From a virus (taxonomy: Duplodnaviria; Caudoviricetes): 50,275 nt of DNA. The notes under the pieces are model-generated. The model saw nothing but the letters and a program-made list of their open reading frames with translations. It did no database searches and was not told where the DNA came from. The stretch covers positions 1-50,275 of IMG/VR virus record IMGVR_UViG_3300037755_000900; one strand, written 5' to 3'. Numbering within the stretch: position 1 is the first letter of the stretch; every line of letters begins with the position of its first letter. Below are positions 15,503 through 23,962 of the stretch, piece by piece. A program made the translations under genes and the position numbers.

Positions 15503-18225
15503 CGGCGGAGGCTCCGCTGTCGTTGTAGGGGGGATTCACGGATCACCAGGAGCTTCAGTTCGTAGTCAAGGGGAACGGTGCGATCGTAGTGGGTGCAGAG
15601 GTCACGGTAGAAGGGTGGATCGGTTAGGTGCCGGTGCAGCAGGCGCTCGACGGTGCGGTACTCGTGCAGGGGGCCGTCGAGGCGCAGGCTGTCGTGGACC
15701 TGACAGGAGATCACGGTCTGCATCCGTCGGGTCACTAGGTCGTCCTGGAGGGCGTGTTGGGCGCTCTGGAGGACGTTGCTGGCCAGGGTCTGGACGGGGA
15801 AGTCACGGATTTCGTTGCCCTGGGCGTCTACGGCCTCGTGGCCCCCGAGGAAGAGGCGAGACTGGCCGATGAGGGGCAGTTCCAGGTAGTGATCGCGCTT
15901 GACCTGGGCGATCAGGGACCGCTGCCAGGCTACCAGGACGGCGTAGGTACGACGGAAGGCCGCCAGGATGCGGGAGCACTCCAGGATGGGCAGGTCTATA
16001 CCCACCTTCTGGAGCACCGTGTCACGGAGGGCGGGAGGTCCACCGCCGTAGAGGGCCAGGAAGTTGACCTGCTTGGCGATCTGCCGCCATACGCTGCGGA
16101 AGTCGGCACGCTGTTGGATGGGGGCGCCGAAGAGGGCTAGGGCGGTGTCGGTGTGCTTGTCGGGGTTGGGGCGGTGGTACTCCGCGAGCATGACCGGGTC
16201 GCCAGAGAGAAGCGCGGCTATCCGCAGTTCGATCTGAGACAGGTCCGCGCTGGCTAGGAAGCCGGGGGTGAACCGCGTGGTGGCACAATCGGTGATCACG
16301 GAGGGCTCGGTCTGGATGGCATGACGTTTGGCCGACCAGCGACCCTGCTTGGTGCCCCCACGCTCGGTGCTGGGGTCGTGGGACTTGCTGCTGCCCTTGG
16401 CTTCCCAGGATGAGGGCACCACGTACCAGGAGGGGAACGCGCGGCAGGATACCAGAGACGGGGAGCGGTCCTCCCGGTCCTTGCCGCGGCCGTAGAGGAT
16501 GGGGCTCAGGTAGCTGGTGATGAGTTTCTGGTGGCCGCGGTAGCCCTGGAGGGCCAGGAGGGCGTGGTGGATCTCGGTATCGGGTTCAAGGTTGGCCAGG
16601 AGCAGGTGGCGGTTCAGGGCGTTGGTGCTGATCGCCTTGTGTACGCCGGTTAGTTCAAGGCGTTCCTGGATGTGCTCGGGGACCAGGGCTGAGGCATCGT
16701 CGATGATCTGCTGGATGTAGGCTGGAGAGCCTTTGCCTCCGAAGGTGTGTTCCGTCAGGATCGCGGTCATAGCGCGACGTTCACGGATCAGGAGGCTGGA
16801 GAGCTTGCGGCGGCTGTACTCGGCTCCGGCTTCCTGCATGAACAGAACGGTCCAGAGCATGTCGCTGTACCACTGGAGGCAGTAAGCTTGCAACTTGAGG
16901 GTGCTGGGGTACTCACGCTGAATTCGGGAGTACAGGTACTGGTGGAGGGCTAGGGTGGCCCAGGAGTCCCGGCAGTTGTAGAGCCAGAGGCGGGGGTCAG
17001 TGCTGGACTCGTAGGTGCCCATGAGGGCCTGGTCCTTCTCGTAGCTGATGAAGCCGAAGAGGGGGGCCAGGGTCTTGAGAGATCGTTCGGGGCGGGCCTC
17101 GGAGTGCAGGTAGCTGGTGATGGAGAGATCCCACAGGCGCATCGAGTGCCACCCCAGAGCGCTGCGGAAGGCGGGGGAGGCGGCACGGAGGTAGAGCAGG
17201 TCGAAGATCAGGTTGGTGCCGATAAGGGTCCCGCCGGAGCGGGCCAGGTGGCGGAGCCAGCGGAGGAGGGTCCGGCGGTGGCGGCGCTGGCGGTAGTCAA
17301 AAATAGCTGAGGCCAGGGTGCCATTGGGTTCCCCGTCCTCCAAGGGCCAGGAGAGGGCTACGGTCTCGATCAGGTCCTCTCTGGGGCAGCCGTCCACGGT
17401 CATGCTCTTTTCGGGGTGGAACTGGGTCTGCTCAGGGGGGCGGGCGACGGCGCCGTAGGTCTCGATGTCAAGGCTGAGGATGCTGAGGGGTGCAGTGGGC
17501 GGCTCGGGTGCCACCAGGATGCTGTTCGCTCCTTCTAGGGTGGGAGCGCTGGACTCGGAGGGCAGGTAGTCCCCCTTGAGGTAGTCGATCAGTAGTTGCA
17601 GGTGATCCTTGATCGAGTGGATGGCGGTGGGGTTACGGTCCCCGAGCAGGACGCCGGGGTGGAAGGTGCTGAACACCCGGTACCGGGGGCCTTCGGGTTC
17701 CAGTTGCACGATGGTGCCCTGAGCATGGAAGGCACGGGTGATCTTCATGCCGAGCACCTGCTGGGCGGCGTGGGTGCCCACACAGAGGATGACCACCTCG
17801 CCGTAGATCGTGGAGAGCAGGCCGGCGTCCTCCAGGAGGTACCTGCGGCAGGCTTTCAGGTGGCCGCTGTTGGGCTCACCGCTGCCATGGGGGAGGCGGC
17901 ACCGGAGGGCGTTGCTGAGGTAGAGATCGGCGAAGCGGTGCAGGCCGGTGCCTTCGATGTAGAGGGTGCGCAGGTACCGGCCGACGGGACCGACGAAGGG
18001 CTGTCCCTGGATGTCCTCGTGGGCACCGGGGGCCTCCCCGACGATCAGGACGGCGGTGTCATGTCTTTCCTTACGTTGCAGGGGGGTGCCGGACGGTGGA
18101 AGATAGGGGGCGGTGGGGACGCAGACGGTGTGGTTGACGGTGGCGTACAGGGGGCAGGCGGTGCAGGCGGGGTTCCGCTGGAAGATAACGCCGCATGGTG
18201 GTATGCTTACGGGGGGCGAGGACAT
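15499..18225 (-). CDS. Family A DNA polymerase with N-terminal family-4 uracil-DNA glycosylase and 3'-5' exonuclease
   Basis: UDG: CTAC, VGEAPG, PFVG, RC, HP; exo: DIET, NLIFD, YNCRD; pol: DLSQIELR, RQIAKQVNFLALYG, VHDS; start revised to ATG 18225. Confidence 0.95.
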   Translation of the reverse strand: MSSPPVSIPPCGVIFQRNPACTACPLYATVNHTVCVPTAPYLPPSGTPLQRKERHDTAVLIVGEAPGAHEDIQGQPFVGPVGRYLRTLYIEGTGLHRFADLYLSNALRCRLPHGSGEPNSGHLKACRRYLLEDAGLLSTIYGEVVILCVGTHAAQQVLGMKITRAFHAQGTIVQLEPEGPRYRVFSTFHPGVLLGDRNPTAIHSIKDHLQLLIDYLKGDYLPSESSAPTLEGANSILVAPEPPTAPLSILSLDIETYGAVARPPEQTQFHPEKSMTVDGCPREDLIETVALSWPLEDGEPNGTLASAIFDYRQRRHRRTLLRWLRHLARSGGTLIGTNLIFDLLYLRAASPAFRSALGWHSMRLWDLSITSYLHSEARPERSLKTLAPLFGFISYEKDQALMGTYESSTDPRLWLYNCRDSWATLALHQYLYSRIQREYPSTLKLQAYCLQWYSDMLWTVLFMQEAGAEYSRRKLSSLLIRERRAMTAILTEHTFGGKGSPAYIQQIIDDASALVPEHIQERLELTGVHKAISTNALNRHLLLANLEPDTEIHHALLALQGYRGHQKLITSYLSPILYGRGKDREDRSPSLVSCRAFPSWYVVPSSWEAKGSSKSHDPSTERGGTKQGRWSAKRHAIQTEPSVITDCATTRFTPGFLASADLSQIELRIAALLSGDPVMLAEYHRPNPDKHTDTALALFGAPIQQRADFRSVWRQIAKQVNFLALYGGGPPALRDTVLQKVGIDLPILECSRILAAFRRTYAVLVAWQRSLIAQVKRDHYLELPLIGQSRLFLGGHEAVDAQGNEIRDFPVQTLASNVLQSAQHALQDDLVTRRMQTVISCQVHDSLRLDGPLHEYRTVERLLHRHLTDPPFYRDLCTHYDRTVPLDYELKLLVIRESPLQRQRSLRR

Positions 18226-18231
18226 GGTGGA

Positions 18232-18274
18232 AGTATACCTGAACCTTGCCACAAGTCAAGACCTGAGGTATACT
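18232..18274. promoter_or_regulatory. Overlapping divergent sigma70-type promoters
   Basis: Minus strand TTGACT(18259)-16-TATACT; plus strand TTGCCA(18246)-17-TATACT. Confidence 0.8.
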
Positions 18275-18306
18275 GAGGTCGGGGGCAGGAACGCTGGAGA
18301 TCGGCC

Positions 18307-18630
18307 ATGAGCTTGAGACGAGGGTCAGCGATTGCGGCAGTGGCGGCGGGCAGCGGGACGACGAGGACGTTCACGTTCGCCGAGCCCGTGTGTCCATGCT
18401 GGTTCACCAACGAGCACGATCAGGCCGCCTACGTGCGGCTCAACTCCACCACCGCGGCCGCGATAGCGGCGGGGGGCTACGATCAGAAGGTCCCGGCTGG
18501 AGAGACGGTGGACCTGAGCCAGGATGGGATGCTGGTGATATCGAAGATGGCGGTGATCTGGGCCGTCGATGATCCGGGGGTCGCCTACAGCGTGACGGGG
18601 ATTCCCGAGGTGCAGGTCAACCAAGCATAG
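18307..18630 (+). CDS. Small beta-rich protein, possibly virion-associated
   Basis: GGAGA SD; paralogous to the next gene. Confidence 0.65.
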   Translation: MSLRRGSAIAAVAAGSGTTRTFTFAEPVCPCWFTNEHDQAAYVRLNSTTAAAIAAGGYDQKVPAGETVDLSQDGMLVISKMAVIWAVDDPGVAYSVTGIPEVQVNQA

Positions 18631-18669
18631 TGCAGGCTCTTTAGTAGGCTCCTGGGTGGGCACGAGGAG

Positions 18670-19425
18670 ATGGTCATGGGTGTGGAAGCACAGAGAGGGA
18701 CGCTGGGGACGGCGACGACGGAAGTGGCGCCCGTGGCGGGAGAGAGTCCGGGAAGCTATGCGTTCGACCCACCGTGCAATCACGTCAGGCTCACCAACGA
18801 GACCGGCGAGGCGCTGTATGTGAAGCTCAATCAGAGGGGAACAGTGCACCCAGTGGACCAGGATGCGGCAGGAAATCCTGACTGGGATGATCCGGCGTGG
18901 ACGGTCCCGGCCAACTGGGCCATCAGCGGGGGAGTGGCGGTGGCGCAGGGGTCCGGGACCTCAGCGCTTGCGTTGCCGGTGGCGCAGTTCGATCTCGACC
19001 CGGCCACCAGTCCTGCTAATGCCGTGGAGAACTGGCTGCTCAGATATGTGACCAATGACAGCAGTGTGGGGACGGTGAGGTCCAACCTGTTTGGCCAGTA
19101 CGGGCAAACCATCAACTTCTCGGCCGGAGCGCAGGTGGTGCTGGATACGTTCCAGAAAGCTGCCAACACGGCAGGAGGGCTTGCGTTCGCGCCGTCGGCC
19201 ACGTTCGATGGGGACATCAGTGCGGTGGACCTGTGGCGATGGCCGGCGTATCCCCAACATGGGCTCTATGACCTGAAGGTGCCGGACGGGGTCACGATCG
19301 ACGTGGGGGAAGGGTTGTTGGCTATCCGCAGGGTTACCGTATGGGTGCCCGCGGGAGGGGACGTGGCGGGGATCAATCTGAGGGGCAGCTACGAGACGCC
19401 CAAGTGGAGGCACCGGCGCTGGTAG
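18670..19425 (+). CDS. Paralog of the upstream protein with an inserted beta-rich domain
   Basis: Shared TNE..A.YV.LN and YD.KVP.G.T.D motifs separated by ~140 extra aa. Confidence 0.65.
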   Translation: MVMGVEAQRGTLGTATTEVAPVAGESPGSYAFDPPCNHVRLTNETGEALYVKLNQRGTVHPVDQDAAGNPDWDDPAWTVPANWAISGGVAVAQGSGTSALALPVAQFDLDPATSPANAVENWLLRYVTNDSSVGTVRSNLFGQYGQTINFSAGAQVVLDTFQKAANTAGGLAFAPSATFDGDISAVDLWRWPAYPQHGLYDLKVPDGVTIDVGEGLLAIRRVTVWVPAGGDVAGINLRGSYETPKWRHRRW

Positions 19426-19446
19426 GCTGGAGGGAGAGACAGGCAC

Positions 19447-19794
19447 ATGGACGAGGATGATGGCATGATTGCAGATCGCGGGAACGCTGAAGGACCGCAG
19501 GGGACGCTGGGGCCGCAGGGGTCGGAGAAAATGCAGGTACTGCCGGTGATCGTGCTGGAGGGAGGTCCGAAGCTGCGGGGGATCGTGTGTCAGGTGCCCT
19601 TGGGGGTGCTGACCGTGGATGCTACGGTCACTGAGACGATGGGGCCGTATCCTCCACGGGGGTTTGAGGTGATCTGGCCCAAGGCTGAAGAAATGCTGCA
19701 ACAGATGCGTGCCGAGATCAGGGAGAGACCGAGGATCGCCATTGCCACGGGGCCGCTACCTCCGGTTCCCCAGCCACACCGCAAGCACCGGTAG
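19447..19794 (+). CDS. Hypothetical protein
   Basis: GGAGGGAG upstream; 115 aa. Confidence 0.6.
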   Translation: MDEDDGMIADRGNAEGPQGTLGPQGSEKMQVLPVIVLEGGPKLRGIVCQVPLGVLTVDATVTETMGPYPPRGFEVIWPKAEEMLQQMRAEIRERPRIAIATGPLPPVPQPHRKHR

Positions 19795-19885
19795 GCCCCC
19801 TAGTGGGGACCGATCACGTCTAGTCTGCCACGATGCTGGCAATCCTGATGTAGTTGTAGCGGGTTTGCAGGCGCCTGCCTCCCTG

Positions 19886-19945
19886 GGGCCGGGATCGGGG
19901 GGCTCGGGCCGGGACCGGGGGGCTGGGGCCGGGATCGGGGGGCTC
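19886..19945. repeat. 20 bp G-rich tandem repeat x3
   Basis: GGGCCGGGAYCGGGGGGCTS x3. Confidence 0.9.
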
Positions 19946-19989
19946 GCCGGACGCCCGGTGACGGTGACGAGAATTTTTTGGCACCGGGC

Positions 19990-20018
19990 TTGACCTTGGC
20001 CATACCTTGTGGTACACT
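19990..20018 (+). promoter_or_regulatory. Sigma70-type early promoter
   Basis: TTGACC-17-TACACT, extended -10 TG, upstream T tract. Confidence 0.8.
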
Positions 20019-20030
20019 ACCCCCAGACAC

Positions 20031-20063
20031 GAGGCACGCGGCCGACCGGCGGGCAGGTCGGAG
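20031..20063 (+). promoter_or_regulatory. Conserved hairpin element, copy 1 (others at 22934-22968 and 22441-22472, minus strand)
   Basis: GCACGSGGCCGACC-loop-AGGTCGGAG. Confidence 0.7.
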
Positions 20064-20087
20064 AGGTAGCAGCACAGGAGATAGACG

Positions 20088-20372
20088 ATGATGACGTACG
20101 ATATTGGCAACGGGTGCAAAGTTGACCGCGACAAAGCAGTGCTGGTGCTCGACACACCGGGGGCCGGCTGCTACGGATTTTTTCGGGCGCCGCAAATCGA
20201 CGGCAATGGAGAGCAGGTGTGGATAGAGACCAACGGTCACCCCATCCTGCTGCCACACCACCTCGATGCGGATTGCGATACCATTATGACAGATCTGTGC
20301 AGAGACGCCGGAGTGAATCTCGAACAGATCGAGACCGCACTCGGGTGCACGTGGCAGGAGTGGTGCACGTGA
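20088..20372 (+). CDS. Hypothetical early protein
   Basis: AGGAG SD; first gene after promoter. Confidence 0.7.
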   Translation: MMTYDIGNGCKVDRDKAVLVLDTPGAGCYGFFRAPQIDGNGEQVWIETNGHPILLPHHLDADCDTIMTDLCRDAGVNLEQIETALGCTWQEWCT

Positions 20373-20442
20373 CTACGTCTCCAATGCTGGGGCGGGTGCA
20401 GGTTCCGGAGCGACTAATCTTACCTTCTGAGAGGGACTAGCG

Positions 20443-20601
20443 ATGATGACGCAAAGGGAGCGTGAGGCCGTCGACAGAGTGAGGACGGCAGGGGTCAAGG
20501 CGCCTGTAGAGGCGATTTTGTGTTGGGTGCGGAGCGTGGGGCCGGGGGCGATCATGCGAGCCACGCTTGCAGAGATTCGGGGCGTAGCGGCGGCCTTTTG
20601 A
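20443..20601 (+). CDS. 52 aa early protein (not in ORF track)
   Basis: MMTQREREAVDRVRTAG...; leader TGAGAGGGAC shared with next gene. Confidence 0.55.
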   Translation: MMTQREREAVDRVRTAGVKAPVEAILCWVRSVGPGAIMRATLAEIRGVAAAF

Positions 20602-20613
20602 GAGGGACAGGCA

Positions 20614-21417
20614 ATGATGATACCGAAGCGAGTGTTTGAGATCGGGAACGTGGCGGCCGGGGAGAGTGTGCGGGTGTTCAGGGCTGAGGACGGAGGGTGC
20701 GTGGCGCAGGCGACGGACGGCAAGCGAGCGGGGGAGTTGCGGTGGCGGGATGATGAGTGGCGCAAGGATGCACGGCTCGGGGCGACGGGTGAGGCCGTGC
20801 CGGGGTGGGAGCTGCTCGTTCCTTTGGCCACGTGGAGGGCGGCCGGTAAGGCTGTCAAGGTGCGGAGCCGGGCGTCGTGGTGTGGGTACGCACACTTTGA
20901 TGAGGGCACGCGGGCGGTGCGGGCCTATGTGCTGAATCAGGACAAGCAGCGGCAGACGTTCGAGGCTGCACCGGATGAGGGGCGATGGCCAGACGTGGAG
21001 AGGTACCTGCGGGCCGAGTATGACGTGGGCACGCGGGCGGTGCGGGTGGGGGTTGATCCGAGGTTGCTGGCCGATCTGTTGGACGTGCTGACACAGGTGA
21101 CGGATTGCGAGACCAAGGGCGTGGCCCTCACGCTGGATGCCACGGGCAGACAGGACGCACCGATCATGCTCCATGCCGTGAACGGAGCGGGCACGGAGAG
21201 AGGGATCGGGGTGCTCATGCCCGTCAACCTCACCAGCATGAGGCAAAGCCAGAAGACGATGCAGGGGCCGGTAACGGTAGCGGATGGCTTGGCCAGGGTG
21301 CTGGCTCGGGCGGTGCATTCACTGACTGGGGAGGATGCGGAGCGGGCGCGGGCCGTACTGGCAGAGGCGGGATGGACGCATGAGCACGTGGAAGCACAGA
21401 AGGGGGTGGTGGTATGA
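20614..21417 (+). CDS. Truncated beta sliding clamp (DnaN)-like protein
   Basis: ATDGKR, EGRWPDVERY, VDPRLLADLL, VLMP resemble DnaN domains 2-3. Confidence 0.65.
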   Translation: MMIPKRVFEIGNVAAGESVRVFRAEDGGCVAQATDGKRAGELRWRDDEWRKDARLGATGEAVPGWELLVPLATWRAAGKAVKVRSRASWCGYAHFDEGTRAVRAYVLNQDKQRQTFEAAPDEGRWPDVERYLRAEYDVGTRAVRVGVDPRLLADLLDVLTQVTDCETKGVALTLDATGRQDAPIMLHAVNGAGTERGIGVLMPVNLTSMRQSQKTMQGPVTVADGLARVLARAVHSLTGEDAERARAVLAEAGWTHEHVEAQKGVVV

Positions 21418-21683
21418 GCGGGCATACACCGGGACCGTGGACGTGGACGCCAAACGGGTCTGACGTGGTGATCGTGGATGCAACGGGGGGGCTGGTCGCG
21501 GTCGTACGGCCGGATGATCGGCATTCGGATAGATCGTTTGCGGACATTCGGCTGATTGCGGCGGCGCCGGAGTTGCTGGAGGTGCTGCGGGACGTGCTGG
21601 CGGTCTATGATGGGCCGCAGCCGGTGACGGTGGGCTTGCTGGAGAGGATGCGAGCGGCCGTGGCCAGGGCGGGGGGGGGGTAG
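21414..21683 (+). CDS. Conserved phage hypothetical protein (HTPGPW...RLIAAAPELL type)
   Basis: Recognisable N- and C-terminal motifs. Confidence 0.75.
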   Translation: MSGHTPGPWTWTPNGSDVVIVDATGGLVAVVRPDDRHSDRSFADIRLIAAAPELLEVLRDVLAVYDGPQPVTVGLLERMRAAVARAGGG

Positions 21684-21686
21684 GCC

Positions 21687-22010
21687 ATGATATTGACGGA
21701 GAAGTTGTGGATCGTGGTGCGGTGGTGGATGCCGGACGTGGACGAGCTGTTTAACAAAGAGCCGGAGAAAATGAGCGTAGAGGGCCTATTGGGATCGGTA
21801 AGGGAGTTGCAGGCCGAGGTAGGGGCGGAGCATACGCCGGAGGTGTGGCTCTACTGGCAGACTGAGGAGCCGGAGGGGCCAACCGATGAGGATCTGCGGA
21901 GCCGGGGAATGGATCCAAAGACGAAGCTGTACTGCCGGGAATCCAGCTACGACGTGTTCGGGCCGTTCGAGTACGCGCCTTCGGACCGCCAGTGGAGGGC
22001 GAGGCCATGA
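21687..22010 (+). CDS. Hypothetical early protein
   Basis: Tightly packed ORF; acidic. Confidence 0.6.
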   Translation: MILTEKLWIVVRWWMPDVDELFNKEPEKMSVEGLLGSVRELQAEVGAEHTPEVWLYWQTEEPEGPTDEDLRSRGMDPKTKLYCRESSYDVFGPFEYAPSDRQWRARP

Positions 22011-22360
22011 GCAATACCGGGGCAATGCTGGTGGAGCTGGAGCACGTGGAGGGGGTGTGTGGGGCGCTGCCGGTGGAGCGAGGGGTACTGGAGTGGCTGG
22101 GGTGCGAGCGGTACCGGGCGCGGGTGCAGTGGACGCCGGGGCCGGGCAATGTTGATGTCGACAATGCTGGTGTAGGGAATGCTGGTGCAGGGCTTACGGT
22201 AAGGCTGCCGTGGGTGCTGGATGTGAGGGATGGCAGGACGTGGGTATTGCTGGTTCCGACCAGCGTGACGCGAGGGGCACGGGCTCGGGGGGGTACGGGA
22301 GAGGATGCGGCGCTGGTCGTGGAGCGGATCCTAGAGGCGCTCAGAGCGGTGGGTGGATAG
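22007..22360 (+). CDS. Hypothetical early protein
   Basis: ATGA overlap; GGAGG upstream. Confidence 0.6.
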   Translation: MSNTGAMLVELEHVEGVCGALPVERGVLEWLGCERYRARVQWTPGPGNVDVDNAGVGNAGAGLTVRLPWVLDVRDGRTWVLLVPTSVTRGARARGGTGEDAALVVERILEALRAVGG

Positions 22361-22385
22361 GGCGCTGGGCGCTGGGCGCAGATAG

Positions 22386-22421
22386 AAGCCCATGGATAGC
22401 ACCTGCCGTCCATGGGCTTTT
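22386..22421. terminator. Intrinsic terminator between convergent early operons
   Basis: AAGCCCATGGA/TCCATGGGCTT 11 bp stem followed by T run. Confidence 0.7.
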
Positions 22422-22549
22422 CCTTGCGCCAGCCTCGTCGACTCCGACCTGTCCTGCCGGTCGGCCCCGTGCAGATCGTGGCCTACATCCTCAACAGCGG
22501 CGTGATAGAGTTCGGCGGCGGTAGGCGCCTCGCCGAGTTCGTCGGCCGC

Positions 22550-22918
22550 CTACTCGTCGTCGCCCATCGAATCGATGGCGCCAGCCATCGCCTCCAGCGC
22601 GTCGCGTACGCCGTCGACGTATGTGGCGACGTCATCCTCATCGATCGATCCATCGTCATCGCGGTCGCACGTCTCTCGGGCGACCTCGTCCCATACGTCG
22701 CGTGCCGCCCACTCCCGTACCGCGGTGGCATCGCGAGCGTCCCACATGCCCTGGAGGGCCTGGTCGTGCTCGCTGTACCCGTTGATCGCGGCTGACGCCT
22801 CCCGTACGACCCGTGGCGCGTAGTGGCCCTGATATGGGGTTTGCGGGTTGCAGTGAGCGGCCGGGCAATCCCAATTTCGCAGCAGCCTCTCTGTTTCTGT
22901 CATCTCGGTCATCGTCAT
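22550..22918 (-). CDS. Highly acidic early protein
   Basis: GAGGAG SD; D/E-rich C half. Confidence 0.7.
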   Translation of the reverse strand: MTMTEMTETERLLRNWDCPAAHCNPQTPYQGHYAPRVVREASAAINGYSEHDQALQGMWDARDATAVREWAARDVWDEVARETCDRDDDGSIDEDDVATYVDGVRDALEAMAGAIDSMGDDE

Positions 22919-22966
22919 TCTCCTCTGCTTGCCACTCCGACCTGTCTGGGCGGTCGGCCCCGTGCC

Positions 22967-23182
22967 TCACAGTATCTCTGGGCACCGCGTGATCGTGATC
23001 GCCAGAGCCTCGGTCCGCAGCCACTCCTCGGCATCGGACATCGTACGGCGCGTGGCCGACTCGACGACTCTCCCGTCGGCATCGGTCGCTATGCATCGCC
23101 ATTCCCCGCCCACCAGACGACACGATCCGCACAGGCGCCCGTTGTTCTGGGCAATCAGTTCCGTCGTCGCTCGGCGCGCCAT
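22967..23182 (-). CDS. Hypothetical early protein
   Basis: GGAG SD; stop abuts the conserved hairpin. Confidence 0.6.
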   Translation of the reverse strand: MARRATTELIAQNNGRLCGSCRLVGGEWRCIATDADGRVVESATRRTMSDAEEWLRTEALAITITRCPEIL

Positions 23183-23242
23183 CGTCAGTCTCCGTCTCGG
23201 TCAGCCCCATCGCTGAGCGTGGTGGTGGTGGTGGTTCCTTGT

Positions 23243-23566
23243 TTAGTTCGGCGCGTGGACGTAGACGTCGGAGCGCTGGTCGTTCAGCTTCAGGCTCAAG
23301 ACATAGGCTCGGGCCCACGTCGTGCGAAGTTCGCAGGCGCCTTCCAGGCCTTGAGCGCCCCAACGATCGCGGTTCGGCTCGATGGGAGAGATAGCGATGT
23401 CGTCGGTGGAGTATCCCCAGAGGCGCAGGGGCAGGGCGATTGCGTCCAGCTCACCGAGCGCGCAGCGAATGGTACACGGTGTCTCGGGAGGGTAGGTGTC
23501 GGGCGCCGCGTGGACGACACTTGGCTTGAGGATTGTGCGTTTCGTGCGTTTCGTTGTGGTCGTCAT
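23243..23566 (-). CDS. Hypothetical early protein
   Basis: AAGGAG SD. Confidence 0.65.
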   Translation of the reverse strand: MTTTTKRTKRTILKPSVVHAAPDTYPPETPCTIRCALGELDAIALPLRLWGYSTDDIAISPIEPNRDRWGAQGLEGACELRTTWARAYVLSLKLNDQRSDVYVHAPN

Positions 23567-23642
23567 GGTCAGGGCTCCTTAAAGTGTTACTGGTGTTACG
23601 AATCTGGTGAAAGTATTACTGCTAGATTGCCTATCTTAACAT

Positions 23643-23903
23643 TTACGGGAGATAGTGAGGTAAGTCTGCACGTCGACTGAGTAGGTCCAAGCCAAAAGCT
23701 TGGCAATCTCGGGCGAACGCTACCCAGTCCGCTCCACCACTCTTGACCAGGCCACCAGCGTCGACGATATCGCCCGACGACTTGTCGTACGAGAAATATC
23801 CTCGCCCGCGCACGTTGCTGCACGGCCAACGGTCCGCGAAGCAATCCGCATCCAGCGCGCTGAACGTCACCGTAAAACACTGGCCATTGTCATAGGTTCT
23901 CAT
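23643..23903 (-). CDS. Hypothetical early protein
   Basis: GGAG SD before ATG 23903; first gene after promoter. Confidence 0.65.
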   Translation of the reverse strand: MRTYDNGQCFTVTFSALDADCFADRWPCSNVRGRGYFSYDKSSGDIVDAGGLVKSGGADWVAFARDCQAFGLDLLSRRADLPHYLP

Positions 23904-23934
23904 CGCATACTCCATCGGCACCATCGCCACTATC

Positions 23935-23962
23935 ACTATACCCACGGGTAGGCTGAAGTCAA
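23935..23962 (-). promoter_or_regulatory. Sigma70-type early promoter
   Basis: TTGACT-16-TATAGT with upstream A6 tract. Confidence 0.75.

Noticed and set aside
18226-18252. ORF-track start of the polymerase at 18252
   Set aside because: It lies inside the promoter spacer; ATG 18225 fits the predicted transcription start.
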